Assembly (NCBI GenBank): GCA_003614675.1
Contig: ML002304.1
Span: 1 to 45,322, forward strand
Source of the DNA: Dimargaris cristalligena
Taxonomy: Eukaryota
DNA: 45,322 nucleotides
Reading direction: 5' to 3'
Positions within the stretch are counted from its first letter, which is position 1; every line of letters starts with the position of its first letter. Of the stretch, positions 23,038 to 36,232 are shown in pieces. The notes beneath the pieces were generated by a model that searched no databases, was not told where the DNA came from, and saw nothing but the letters and a program-made list of their open reading frames with translations. A program made the translations under genes and the position numbers.

Positions 23038-24477
23038 TTGTATACTATTTCCTATGCTCGGAATCCACTTTAATACCCGTACTCTTCAAGTCAAAACATC
23101 GGCTGCTAGCAGCTCTTCATATGGGCACTGGCCACCCTTCATCACTGAAAAGTGGGCCCATCTGGCCTTACCGACTTACTTAGTTACTCAGCGGTTTCCC
23201 CATGGTCGTTTACTCCTATCCAATATTTACAATACCAATTATACTAACCCCCCAGTTTTTCAGTTGACTTGGTTTAAATAAAAATTATATCCCTCCTTTT
23301 GAGACTTGACAGGGAAAACCAATTAGTTATTTATATTATACGGGTAGACAATAAACTTATTCGTTTAGCAGTCGAATTTACCTCGAATCCTGCAGAGAGG
23401 GGTGGTCCAGAGGAAATGGATAGGCTACGTTTGTACAGTCATATACAAATGCAGTGCTGGGTGACTCCGCCTTCGGTGTACTAGGACTGGGGATCTACGG
23501 AACGGCCTGGACTTCCTTCTCAGGACGTTTAGACGCCGCAATGGTAGTTCACCAGCTAGAAGGTATCGGGGGCGCAGGAACTCGCAGTGGACGATGGGTG
23601 GGATTGTAGGTAACACGTAATTAAAATGGCCGAAGTGTTGCTTGGAAAAAAAAAACGGATAATAAGAACTCCGAAATGTAAACGGTTGTTTTTTATGGCC
23701 TTCGCAGGACTGACTTCTTTTAGATGAAAATTCAAATAGTAAAAGAATGTTAATTGTGCCAAAAAAAACCTAGTTAAAAAAATATTTCAAATAACTAATT
23801 GGTTCACTGGAATTATATCAACGATAAAATAATCGCTGATTATTAATCACGATATTGATATATTAATTATGAGAGACGTTTGATATCAACCGCTGAAATC
23901 AATTATGGTATGTCGGATGGCACTACATATAGCAACATCGAATCTACTTGTGGATGGTAAATAGTTCACCACCACTATCCTGGTCAATGTAGTGCCCTAA
24001 CATACTATTAAATAGAAAAGGCGTAGGGCGGTCCAAGCGCCGTTATTGTAGTATATCCAGGATCCCGGAATGCAATGACCGATTTGTGCAAGTTTATTAC
24101 TACGAAGCAATCCTAGACAAACAGTAACTAAAAATTGGGGATAAGTTTACGGAATAATAAACCCCCTAGATAATACACCATCCGCAATGAATATATAGAT
24201 GAGGTTCGTATAAACTAAACGAGAGGTAGAGGGGTGTGAGTATATCAAACATATAGTAACTCCGAATGTGTATCTGCATGGCGTAATAAAGTTACAATGC
24301 AAGCGTAACTATGAGTAGATTGTACTCACTGACCACTACGGGATCGTACCAAGGCCCGCGGGCGGACTTGGGGTAGCTACTTGATGAAGTCGAGCTGTTA
24401 GCGTAAGGTGGCAATCCTCTATCACGATCCTTTCAAAAACCATCGCGATATCGTTAATATCGCGGTACTATGTCATC

Positions 24478-25134
24478 TCAATACATATAATAGCCTGAAT
24501 TAGGAAATGGGAAATTGACACCTAACTGCTCCAAGTCCGAGTCTGTGCCCGAATCCGAGTTCAGGTACAAGTCTACTGCGAGGTCCGAACCGGTGCCCGA
24601 GTCTAAGTCCGTCACCGGGTCCGTATCCGCGTTCAAGGGCAATTCCGAGTCTGGACCTGAACCCGAACGTAAATCCGAGTTCAAGTCCCCGTTAATGGGG
24701 TCCAACGGATCTAAAAATATTTGTCTGAAAGGAATCGTCGGGAAGGGGGAGGGAATCACGATCCCTTTAGTTCGGTTGGACATGTTTTCGACCATGGCCA
24801 TTATGGCCGAGGCCTCCCGCACATCATGGGTCGTGTAAATTAACATTGCGTCTTGGGAAAGCTGAAAGATGGGTATCGCCTCGTGGATAAATTCGACCGG
24901 TAAGCGCAATTCTTGTTCAGTCATGGTACCCGGTTCGTCTCCCGACCACGAATAGAATACAAAAATACTGTGAGTATCGAGAGTGGGGGCCACTGTATCG
25001 CATGGTTCAATGTCGATGATGCGGCCATGGCCGCTTTGACAATAGTCCTCCACGGCCGCCTTAATCCGGTCGTATTCTTCTTTACCGGGCTTATTTGGGG
25101 CCTCTGGACTGTACCCCGAGCGCGTGGAATCCAT
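24478..25134 (-). CDS. Hypothetical protein, about 218 aa, with a D/S/G-rich degenerate-repeat C-terminus
   Basis: Long GC-rich ORF with first ATG at 25134; no recognisable domain. Confidence 0.55.
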   Translation of the reverse strand: MDSTRSGYSPEAPNKPGKEEYDRIKAAVEDYCQSGHGRIIDIEPCDTVAPTLDTHSIFVFYSWSGDEPGTMTEQELRLPVEFIHEAIPIFQLSQDAMLIYTTHDVREASAIMAMVENMSNRTKGIVIPSPFPTIPFRQIFLDPLDPINGDLNSDLRSGSGPDSELPLNADTDPVTDLDSGTGSDLAVDLYLNSDSGTDSDLEQLGVNFPFPNSGYYMY

Positions 25135-27255
25135 GGCCAAACGAACAAAGGTGGGAGAGGGGGGTTGATAAAAATATATTTGATCTAAAGCCACCGGGAT
25201 TGGGCATTGGGTATGGGTGCGTAACCTAAATAAAAGGATTGATGGAGCGGCCCGGTATTGGGCAAGAAGAGACCTAATTATATTCCCCCGGGATTACCCT
25301 TTTCTTCTGTAACTCGCTATAATTCGATACCCAGCTAGACCCAACCCGCCAAACAATGGACTGGCTTGGCTGCGATGTTGGGATCTTTATGGGTCGTCAG
25401 CTGTAACAAGGTCCCGCACCTCCAGATTCAAAAATGCCGATTACCATAGTATGAGTGGACTCCAAAGCAGTCGAATAGGGTTTGGAATTGATTATACGTG
25501 GGAAATAAGTCGGAAAAATTTCAGTCAACTGTTAAACGGCTTTTCATCAAACGAGTGATTCATTAAACAGTTGGGCTAAGTCGTTCCCAAATGCGGGGTA
25601 TAGTAGGGAACAAAAAACTAGAATAGGGTTATTAACAATTTAAATTCCCAGTAGTGGGAAAATACTTCGCTTGGAAAGAACCCGGACGCTGATTGTTCAC
25701 ATCAATAGCTATATTTATCACGGACCTGCGGCTTTATTATGTATCCAATTTTCTGTATAAGGGCTTGTACCTGGGAAGCTGTCATGGAATTTAAATTATG
25801 CGCTTACTTTAGCGTTGATCTGTAAGCCAGTGAAGGCAGTTCGTGAGTGAATTCCCAAGGCGGGCTTTGATGTGACCATTGCACATTTTATTATCATTTT
25901 CGTTTTCAAACCAAGCCGTTGCCGTCCCTTCAGGTCAAAAACTACGAGCCAACAAATAGCCGAAAGTGGCCAAACTACTATAGTTGACTATAGTTTGTGA
26001 AGGGAATTTGGCATATCCACAACAAAGATGGAAGGCCGATCTTTGCCCTAGTTTAAGCCTTCTTATATTTCGGAACCATGTAGGTGGGAACCCCGCATTG
26101 TATTAAAACAAACTTCCAGTTCTTTGTGTCAAAGATAGTCCGCCTGCCAAGGATTGGTAAAAGGCCATGCGACTAGATGGGATGGAGGGCTGTGAATCAC
26201 ACGAACCCATGAAAAGGATCTGCGGGTAGACGTTATCCAATAGTCAGGCTAGACGAGCAAGTGATGGACTATGTCTGGGAACGAATTATACGTGTTGGTG
26301 TTTTTTTTTTAGTTGTTATTTTATGGGATGATATTTATAGACCAGATAGTCACTAAATTATATTAGTTTGCATTCCTATTTAGAGGAATTAGAACAATAT
26401 TAAAACGGAAAACCTGAATGGGTATACACATCAAGAACACGGAAGTATCAGGGATTCCGGCAGTTACCAAGAGCAACTGAATGACATATAATGCGAACAA
26501 ATGGTTACAAGAGCAGGGTGGTTAATGGTGAAGTTTAAAGAATAAATAATGGAAGAAAAAGTAACATGCTAGATGCTCTCTATCCGTAGGGAAATATTTA
26601 CGTTAAGGCGAGATATGACGTGCATTCCGAGATTTTAAGCACTTTATCCGGTATCGGCAATCTATCAGATTTGCCCAAGTCTATCAGGTCCATCACCTAG
26701 TATTTGAATGTCTGTAAATTAATTGTCCGATATTTTTTGACATCCCCTTCGTTCGCCGCAGTAAGGCATTGGCTACCAGCCGATCCCCGCCACCCTTGCC
26801 CTGCATAAGGATTGATCGGTTTCGGGATTGCGCTATTTTAAAGTACAGCGGTGTTCTAAATGAGGAGAATCGGAGGAAGAGGGTTTGTCATTATAAATAG
26901 TCCTAAAGAGGTGCCTACCGTGATTAGGATGAAACCCGTGGCTGTTAAATATAATTTGGTTGCGGAGGAAGTGATATACTTCATCCTATACGAAATTGCC
27001 GATAATTATTTGGAAGAGATGGGCAATGCTTGTTCAGAGATTTTTTAAGAAAATGGTGATTACAATAATGATGGGGTTTATTGGAAAGTAAAGAAGTGGC
27101 GAAGGGATTATCAAATATAACGGTTACCCCATCGGGTAACCTGGTGTTGTTATGGTGTGTCGAGGTTAAAATTGAGAAATATAAATGTTAAGAACCGAGA
27201 GGGAGTTAAAATACGAGATTAATCAGCTATAGACAAGAGGACGAGGCAGGGAAGT

Positions 27256-28290
27256 CTAGCTGCTGCTCGCTGTCACGGAAGGCTGGACGGTATCTTCGAC
27301 CATGGCGTCGTCGGTATTCTCGGCGGGTTTCTGGGCATCCCTGTTAAATATTTACAGGAAGAAATTAGCCGAGCAATGCGAATCGGGTTAGCTCAATACA
27401 ACATGTCTAATTTTCATTTTACCTCCGGCGATATGGGCAAGCTAATTATCATCGATAGCAAAATATAATAATGTAAATAACCTCTACGCATAAAACAGGC
27501 AACTTACCAGTGGATGTTGAAGCGAGTAACACGGGGCTTCTCGACCAAGATGTTACGGTGGATTTTGTCAAACTGGACGGTAGCCGGGGGATTTTCCTTA
27601 AGCTCCTCATCGATGTATTCGTTGTTGACGTAGTAGCCCACCCGGACAAACTCCTCACCCTTGTACGAGCAGGTCAGGATCACCACAGTGACACCCAAGA
27701 TGTCATCGGGCATAAGAGAGTCGGACTTGGGGGGGTCAGCCTAAATTGTAATAGGAGTGAGGGGTATGGAATAGTGGTAAGGAAAAAATCATACAGCGAA
27801 TCAGTATCAATAAATTAAGATGGCTGGGGTGGAAAACAGTCTAGAGATAGGATCGGATGGTCCGGAATTTGATCAAGGCGTTTAAGCTCAGGGACAGTGG
27901 GGCTAACTCCAGAAAGAGGCTCTAGGACGTACCACTAACGAGAATTTGTTGATACCCTGGGGCACGGGACCGACGAGCACGGACTCGAGCTCAAGATCCT
28001 CGAGGGAATTGTCGGTCGTTCCGACATAGATGAGCTTAAACTCAAGATCTACATAGTGGGAAAGAGATGCAGTCAGTAGAGCTAGGTTAGGCTGGGTCCA
28101 TGGGGGAATAGAGGGGTGGGACTGTCGAAAAGGGGGTAAACCCATTAGGGTTGCGTGTGCCAAGGCGGGTTTGCAACGTACCATCTTCGAGTTCCTTGTG
28201 GCATTCGAAGGTAACCTCGAGTTGATAGGGGTTCAAGAACGGGGTGGGGTTGTCGAGGAATTTGATGTCGGAGATGTTGACGAGACTCAT
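27256..28290 (-). CDS. ASF1: Histone chaperone ASF1, 180 aa; exons 28290-28182, 28048-27933, 27740-27508, 27340-27256
   Basis: MSLVNI...[30 protein letters not shown] and [15 protein letters not shown] introns keep the frame. Confidence 0.95.
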
Positions 28291-29796
28291 AGTGGCAGCG
28301 AAGGGGTGTGTGAGTGGGCGTGATTAGGGGGATAATGGGGAAGGACTCTATTAAAATGAACGGAGAAAGGAGTATAGTGAAAAGAAGTTAAAGAACATGA
28401 GAACAGAGGGTGGTGTGGTAGATTGGGAGTTATCGATGTAGGGCAAACAGGTGTTTACTTTACTAATAGTGGGTTTTAAAGCGCCACCTATTTTGCTTTA
28501 TAATATAGGCTGGGCGGGTTGGAAAAGGAGAGTGTTGGTTTAGAATATGTGTAGCACTTACCATTGACTCCAGTTGATTGGTGTAATCCCCTCGTCTATA
28601 GTTGTTTTTATTATGATTGTTGTTGTTGTCGCTAGGAGGATGCATACAAGCTGGTGCTGCTGCTGTATGGGGGGGGGGTATATTTAACTGGCTGTAGTGT
28701 GTGTGTCTCTCTTTCTCTCCCTCTCCTCTCTCCTTTTCTTCCGCCCCAGGCAGGGGCCGTCTGGTTGATTCTCTAAGCCTCTCCCAACCATAGTTCCCCC
28801 GTTTCAGAACCAGCCAGGGAGATTGGTCCAGAATTATCGACCCGTCCAGTTGGTATGCACCTCTGTCCTCCCACCCCTTCGACTTTGTTACACAGCGGGC
28901 CCTCTAGCCTTGTCACCCTGATTTTCCCATTCATCTTGACATGGGAGGGGCCTTTTGTTAAGTGAGGAGGCGGTTGTTATTATAATAATAATAATCCTGA
29001 AAATGCGATTACTGGCCGGTACCCCCTCCCTCTTCTTCTCTGCCTGCTTAGTCAACTACATATTCTAGGGTCACCCAATCATACTTGATATTGGGTCCCC
29101 TATATACGTATGTTGATCAGGTGGTGGGCAAAGAATCCCACCATCAGCTGGAAAGAGCGAACCGTCGCCGTGTGTATTATTTTATACTCCAAGGATAGTG
29201 GGTGCTACCTTTTACAGCCCCCCCCCCCTTTCCTTATGAAATCCGAGCGACTGCCATTGGGCAAGCGTATCACTGAACCTCCGATGAAGACTGCTTTTTC
29301 CTGACCCCGTCCAACTTTGGCCTGTATCTTACACTATTGCCAAATGCCCGCACCATTACATTGGCTCGGCGGTTATGATGAGTATATGCACGCACGCATA
29401 TACTCAATGGTGAGCAACTAGCTGCGTATATGCGTGCGCGGGAGCGAAAATATACACGTGCGGTAGCAGTTGCCGCTTAATCTAAAAAAACCAGAGGGAG
29501 TGGATTCTCCCGTTCGGATAAAGTGAACGTGATATTGAAGCCCCACTGGGCGCATACTATCTATCACCACATATCCATCATTCTCCAAAAGGTAAGTGCT
29601 GTGGGCGGGTCACTTCAACCTTTTGCTAGACCCCTCCTCACATCACCGTTGCTATACTTTTCCCCCTCTGTCTATAAAACCCGGCCGTGCTCCTATTATA
29701 CGGCAATCCTTTCACCCTTTGACCAAACCTCATTCCCTCCACATTCCCCCTCAAAGCACTACCTTTCACCGCCCTTCAACCCCACTTGCATTTAAC

Positions 29797-31437
29797 ATGG
29801 ATATCAACAAACTGTTCTCGGTCAAGGACAAGGTCGTTGTCATCACCGGCGGCAGTCGAGGGTAGGTCGCTCGCTAACCCCATTCCCCTCGTCAGTGTCT
29901 AGTATATCTGCTTATTCCAGAGTAGGTTACTTCCCTCCTGAACCCCTCCTACCTATCCTGCCCAGTGTTAACCCCCCCCTTTCTCTTTTCAACCTTGTCC
30001 TATCTACTTGGCCACTCCCTATTGGCTTCCCTTAGTATTGGCCTCATGATTGCCCAGGGCTTTGTCGCCAACGGCGCCAAAGTATACATATCGTCCCGTA
30101 AGGCCAGCGTCTGCGACGAGGTTGCTCGCGAGCTCAACAAACAGGGTAAAGTACTGATTACTGAGAAATATTAGCATGTATCTGCCCTCCTTAAATACAC
30201 CAATTAATTTGCCCTGTAATTACACTGCCGATTCCATCTTCCAGCAGTCTAGAGATGATGATAAAATGCAATGTCCGACCATACGGAGGTGTAGAAGGAT
30301 AACACTACCACATAGTAGAACATCCGCAACTGACCTGAACCGGTATCCCAATTGACTTATCCCAATTTTACACATATGCATACCACTGTATTATCTTGTT
30401 GATTTCTGTCAGGCCCCGGCCAATGCCTCAGCCTTCCCGCCGATATCCAAGAAATCGAGCAGGTTAAAAAGCTGGTCAGCGCCTTGAATGAGAAAGAGCC
30501 CAAAGGTAGGTTACCCATACAAAGTTATGATTTGATTTATGACGAAGCAGGCCCGGGCGACCATTTCGTATGGTTGGGTTGTCTTTGACATAATGCATGC
30601 TTGTATAATACCCCCCATCCATATAATATTGAGCAACGCTTAGCTGAAAATACGGCCAGCCCAGCATCACTAGCTAACTCTTCCATTTGACCTACTCTTC
30701 GCGATTCCGACCGTATCAAATACAGGTATCGATGTCCTTATTAATAACGCCGGAGGTGAGTATCGTAACAACGACCTTTATTATTTAGTATCGTATGCCC
30801 TAACTCATACCCCGGCTATTCTTTATAGGTCGACGCTCGCTCGTCTCTGTATTTAACTAACAAGTATCCACATTACACTCACTATTGACTTAACTATATT
30901 GGCTGAAATAATATTCGGTGGACCTATTTCATCTACCGCGTAGCCAACTGGGGTGAACCAATCGAGACGTACCCCGACAGTGCCTTTGACAAAATTCTGA
31001 ACCTGAACGTGCGCCGCATCTTTAGCCTGACGCAACTCTGTATTCCCATGCTTGAGAAGAAGAGTACGTTCCAGGACCCCAGTCGTATCATCAACATTGG
31101 TTCTATTGATGGTATCCGGATCCCCTCCCTCGAAACCTACGCCTACTCGGCTTCTAAAGCGGCCGTACACCACATGTCCCGTGTGCTAGCCTCCCACTTG
31201 GGCAAGCGTCACATCACCGTCAATAACGTGGCCCCCGGACCTTTTCCCAGTAAAATGATGGGCGCAACCCTAGAAAAATTTGAGGACGTTATTGTTCGCG
31301 GCATTCCCTTGGGTCGCGTCGGCCAGCCTGGTGATGTGGCTGGTGCGTGCATCTACCTTTCCTCTAAGGCTGGTGCCTACGTTAGTGGTACCACTATCGC
31401 CGTCGACGGAGGTGCGTTGGTTGCATCCAAGCTCTAA
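29797..31437 (+). CDS. Short-chain dehydrogenase/reductase (RhlG-like fungal clade) with PTS1; exons 29797-29861, 30036-30145, 30413-30505, 30726-30755, 30944-31437
   Basis: TGGSRGIG, NNAG, YxxxK (YSASK) and C-terminal -SKL. Four GT-AG introns are in frame. Confidence 0.93.
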
Positions 31438-31928
31438 CTAGAATGCCCTTTGGGGAACGATTACAATACCATTACGCATGGCATTGGCGGAATAAACACC
31501 ATATATCTCTTGTATTTATTTAGTCACATACACCTAGTAGTTTTTTCACCCAATGGTGAACATAAACCAATAAACCGTATAAACTTATGCTATACCAAGT
31601 CCATTATTATTACCAGTGTCCAGCGACTGATTTAAATAATAACACATGTTTATTTACTATCATTTGAATATCCCTGTTTGCCCACATCTGGACTCAGGAC
31701 GGCGCGCTTTGCTAAATAACCCCTATTTAACCCATTTGCCACGTATGCATATATAAAGGGCACTCTCTTCTGCCAATATTTATTATGGCCATAGTTATGT
31801 AATAATGGTACATCTGGGTGGAATCCAGCAGGACAAACGAGGAAAGCTATACACGTGGAGGAAATCTGGGATGGGCAGTGTATGAGTTAGAGTGACGGAG
31901 TATGGAGTTAGGAGAAGGCCCGAATTAA

Positions 31929-32279
31929 TTAACTGGGCGGAGCATTATCGGATTTTACCCTCTTGAGCTGTGGTCCCCGGGGAGAAGCTTCGGCTAGCTC
32001 AAGGTCCTCGACATGGGCAATGCTGTCGTTGTCGTCGTCGTCGTCGTCGTCGTTATCGTTGTCGATTTCCTCGTCCTCAAACCCATCCTGTTCGTCGACC
32101 ACACTGCCCTCGGCCTTCATTAGACTAGTTAAGTGGTCGTTAATAGCCGCCTGGGTTTGCAGTAGTTCATTCGATAGGGTAGCGAACGAGCTAATGGGGG
32201 CTTCGGTGTTCGTGGGGCAGGTGTACTCGCAATCCGAACCGCGGAAGTACCGGGCGGTGATTTTACCGAAAGTGGCCAT
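31929..32279 (-). CDS. GON7: EKC/KEOPS subunit Gon7-like protein
   Basis: Small acidic protein with ITARY...L..L...Q..IN..LT..M followed by an acidic tail, the Gon7 pattern. Confidence 0.65.
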   Translation of the reverse strand: MATFGKITARYFRGSDCEYTCPTNTEAPISSFATLSNELLQTQAAINDHLTSLMKAEGSVVDEQDGFEDEEIDNDNDDDDDDDNDSIAHVEDLELAEASPRGPQLKRVKSDNAPPS

Positions 32280-32982
32280 GGAAAATGAGGAAGTGGTGGT
32301 GGTGGTAAAAACAAGGTGTAGGGAGGGTGAGAAAAGTAGGGAAATGTTGTTAAAGAGGGGAGGAGTTTCACCCAGTGAGTAATGACAATGAAGCTACGCA
32401 TCCTAAGATTTTGGTATGCTATTTTAATGCTTATACTGTACACTACTTATCCATCTACGAATGGGTCCAAGTATAAGTGTCCCGTTTCGATAATTAGTAC
32501 CACCACGACCACCCAACCCCATTATTAGGGTGTATTTATCATGTGTTGGTCAGTGTATTGGGGTTTAGCCTTGAGGTTGTACTTTAATGGGTGACCTGGT
32601 GGGATTGTAGTTCTATGTAAGCATACTTCCTAGAGGCAGTGGGGCTAGAGTCGCTATTTCTATAAAAGGGCTATTAAACGGATACCCCCCTCACTAATAA
32701 GACGCAATAGCCTTAAAAATATTGGCCCTTGGTATTTAGATGGTTTTATAATGAATGGATTTGGTTGGGTAAGTATATCGTGTTCCGAGTTCTGGTCAAT
32801 CCGTTGTTTTCAATAAGGGGGCGATAGTCACTCTAATAGACGAATTAAACTGTTGATTAGAAAACTTCGTTAAATTAGTCAACCACCAATATTATTTATT
32901 GACAGTTTCCTGACCTCTCCTCCCCTATCTAATAGCTCATTAATATAGATTAAGTCAATCCCACCTACTTTATACCCCCCCC

Positions 32983-33013
32983 CGCCCAGTCGCCCAGTCG
33001 CCCAGTCGCCCAG
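32983..33013. repeat. (CGCCCAGT)n x about 4 in the divergent GON7/TIM17 intergenic region
   Basis: Read directly from the sequence; followed by AGCCAATC (CCAAT box). Confidence 0.8.
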
Positions 33014-33510
33014 GAAATTGGCGGCGGCCCACAGCCAATCATGTGATTAGGCCCATGTGAAGCCAGCGCGTTCTTTTTTTTCTTTTTCCAGCCTCTTCCC
33101 CCCCATTCCTTGCCACGCTGACTCGTCAATTTACCACCATATTTCTAGTCTAGCTGCGCCTATATTACCCAATCCTCGAGATTGCGTGTAAAATACGCAG
33201 TACGAGGAAGGCGGTAAACTCCACACTACACCAAGTCCCCATTATGTCCGTAGGGCTTATAATTGGGTGGGTCAATAATGGTTGATTGGGAATGGGAGAC
33301 GCACACCCAAAACTACCAACTGAAAACAAAGTGATCCACTGAAGTTTACTTACTATACCTCCTTCGTTACTTTTTCAACCTTTCCTCTCTACTCGGGCAT
33401 TCCCTATTTGTTTTGTGTGTTGGTCGACCACTTGTCCACCCCGTCTTGTTTTATTGCTTTCCTGAAACCACCCCATTCTTCTTTTCTTATATATACCCTT
33501 CTCAGTCAAT

Positions 33511-34227
33511 ATGCGTAGTTCCGATCATACTCGCGATCCCTGTCCCTGGGTTATCCTTAACGATTTGGGTGGTGCCTTCGCCATGGGGGCCATCGGTGGT
33601 GGAATCTGGCATTCGATTAAAGGTGCCAAGAATTCGCCAAAAGTAAGTCTCAGCAGCACTGCATACACTATATAACACATACACACCTGCATATACACTT
33701 GGTCTGGTTCAAATGGCCCTGTTCCCCTTGTTCTTGACCCCAGCCTACCTATTTATCGACCATTCCCCATACTAAAAACAACCCCCCTTCTGTATATTCG
33801 ATCCATGCTACGTCCTGATTATCTGTATATCTATTACGTATGTTTCTCTTTCTAGGGTGAACGCCTCGTTGGTGCTCTGACCGCCGTCAAAGCCCGTGCC
33901 CCCGTCCTCGGCGGCAATTTCGCCGTATGGGGTGGTATGTTTTCCACTTTCGACTGTGCCATGAAGAGTATTCGTCAAAAGGAGGACCCGTGGAATTCCA
34001 TCACCAGCGGTTTCATCACCGGTGGGCTTCTGGCCGCCCGTGGTGGTCTGAAAACGGCGACCGCCTCCGCGGTAGTCGGCGGTGTGTTGCTGGCCCTCAT
34101 CGAGGGTGTGGGTATCGCCTTTAACCGCATGATGGCCGAACAGAACCGGCCAGTGCGACCACAATTGCCCGAGGATGTCGCGGCTGGTTCCCCCGCCAAT
34201 GGGTCCCCAGCTCCCAGTTCGGCCTAA
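33511..34227 (+). CDS. TIM17: Mitochondrial import translocase subunit TIM17, 167 aa; exons 33511-33642 and 33856-34227
   Basis: [47 protein letters not shown] and KEDPWNSI. Confidence 0.96.
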
Positions 34228-35151
34228 GGTTAAGGTGGAGCCGGATCAAAAGAGGGTCCTCTGTACGCGCCCCTTTGCAGGGGTTTGTCTCTTGCCCCCC
34301 ACCTATATCATGCTACCTTGGTTCCCTGGTCCTTTATGCCCTAGAGATTAAACGGGTTCTAGCCATGGGAAGGCAGCGCTAGGCCAACGGGTATTTATCT
34401 TTTCAATTGGCAACCGTCGGTCTTGGCCCATTCTTGCCAAAGTTTGGCCATCCCTTACCACCCAAAATCACCGTAGATACCTCTCTCTGTTTCTGTCGTT
34501 TTGCAGCTATGTGCCCCTTCCTTTGGGCTGCTGTTCGCTAATTCTCTCGTTTCAGTCTTTGTAACAATTATATAATTTCACTATAAATGCATATACTTAA
34601 TTCACCATTGGAATATGAAGCATATGGGTAGCTAAATATCATTAATTGCCTAGTTTTAGTTTTGGGGGGCTTTATTAGTGGGCTATTGGTTAAATTTACT
34701 AATACTATATTTTCCAACTGAAGAATTGACACACCTTTTACATCGAAGCTTTTACTCGGAGACAGAGATTGGGGCTTGTCTGGATTATCACGTGATATCT
34801 AGGTGTGGAGTGGGGGGGTTCAATCCACCAAGTGGAGCTTAGCAGCCCCCCCTTATCCCCCCCACCCTCCCTTCCCCCCTCCGCTTGCGCAGTATGTGAG
34901 GTTCTATAGTGGGGAAACAGGCACCCACACCCACCACCCACCCATACATCCCCTCCCTTCAAGCAGATGAAATATTAGTGGTAACTTTATACGGGGGGAA
35001 ATTTTGATTAAGGCTCCAAGGAGGAAAAGCATCCAAGGTTGTGTATAAGAAAAATCGCTAGGCAGGTCCACTTGGGTTCTTCCTTTTACTCTACCTTTTA
35101 CGAACCACTTACCCTTCCCCTAAGTCTCGTAATCGCCCATAAATCGCCAAA

Positions 35152-36232
35152 ATGTCGAAGAGAGGTATGCCCGTCGTTTTATTCGATGATACACCGTAAC
35201 AGCCCACCTACCCCCTCGTTCACCCGTCACAACAACCGACGCGACGCTGACACCACAGGACAATGGTGATCCATCCGACACTTCGGGAAGCGACGAACAC
35301 GCCCATCAATACCCCGTTAGTTAAAGACGACGAGCGACGGACAAGCGCATCCGACTGCCCACATCTATCCATCCATCCATCCATCGAGCTTTCCCAGCGT
35401 CGGGTACGCACTCTCGTTGGTTTGTCAAACTCTTGTACATCCGATGTTTGAATCGGTGGGTTGGTAAAGGATAGGATAGGACACGGGTGTAGGAATGCAT
35501 GCTGCAACGGGGGGGGGGATACGATACCTTCGTCTATTCCGACTTCAAGGTCAATTGGTTTGACGGAATCCCTCATTCCGAGAAACGGCTGATTCCCCCC
35601 TATCGTTTTAACCGTCTTTCTCTAGTGTCGGTGTCTGGCGTCGTACTCTCGTTGCCCTAGTCGCTGGCTCTTGGCGGTATAGCCCCAACCCGTCTGATCT
35701 CTGGTTGTCGAATTCCCCCTAATTGATAGTTTTCTATCTCCCCACGCTATTCCACGCCATGCTAACCGTTGTCTACTTTTTCCCCACCCCATCTTACACT
35801 CTTACTCTATTTCTTCGTATAGGTCGCGGAGGAGCTTCCGGAAACAAATTCCGCATGACCCTTGGTCTCCCCGTCGGGGCTGTCATCAACTGCGCCGATA
35901 ACTCCGGTGCCAAGAACCTGTACATCATCTCCGTGTGCGGTATCCACGGCCGTCTGAATCGTCTGCCGGCCGCCGGTGTCGGCGACATGGTCATGGCCAC
36001 CGTCAAGAAGGGTAAGCCCGAACTCCGTAAGAAGGTCATGCCCGCCGTGGTCATCCGTCAGCGCAAGGCCTGGCGTCGTCGCGATGGTGTCTTCCTGTAC
36101 TTCGAAGACAACGCCGGTGTCATTGTTAACCCCAAGGGTGAAATGAAGGGTTCCGCCATCACTGGTCCCGTCGGTAAGGAGTGCGCTGATCTGTGGCCCC
36201 GTATCGCTTCTTGCTCCGGTACCGTCGTTTAA
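35152..36232 (+). CDS. RPL23: 60S ribosomal protein L23 (uL14); exons 35152-35164 and 35823-36232
   Basis: [37 protein letters not shown]...WPRIA, with a 658-nt GT-AG intron. Confidence 0.97.

Noticed and set aside
35165-35822. snoRNA in the long RPL23 intron
   Set aside because: No canonical C box or clear H/ACA architecture found by eye; an Infernal search is needed.
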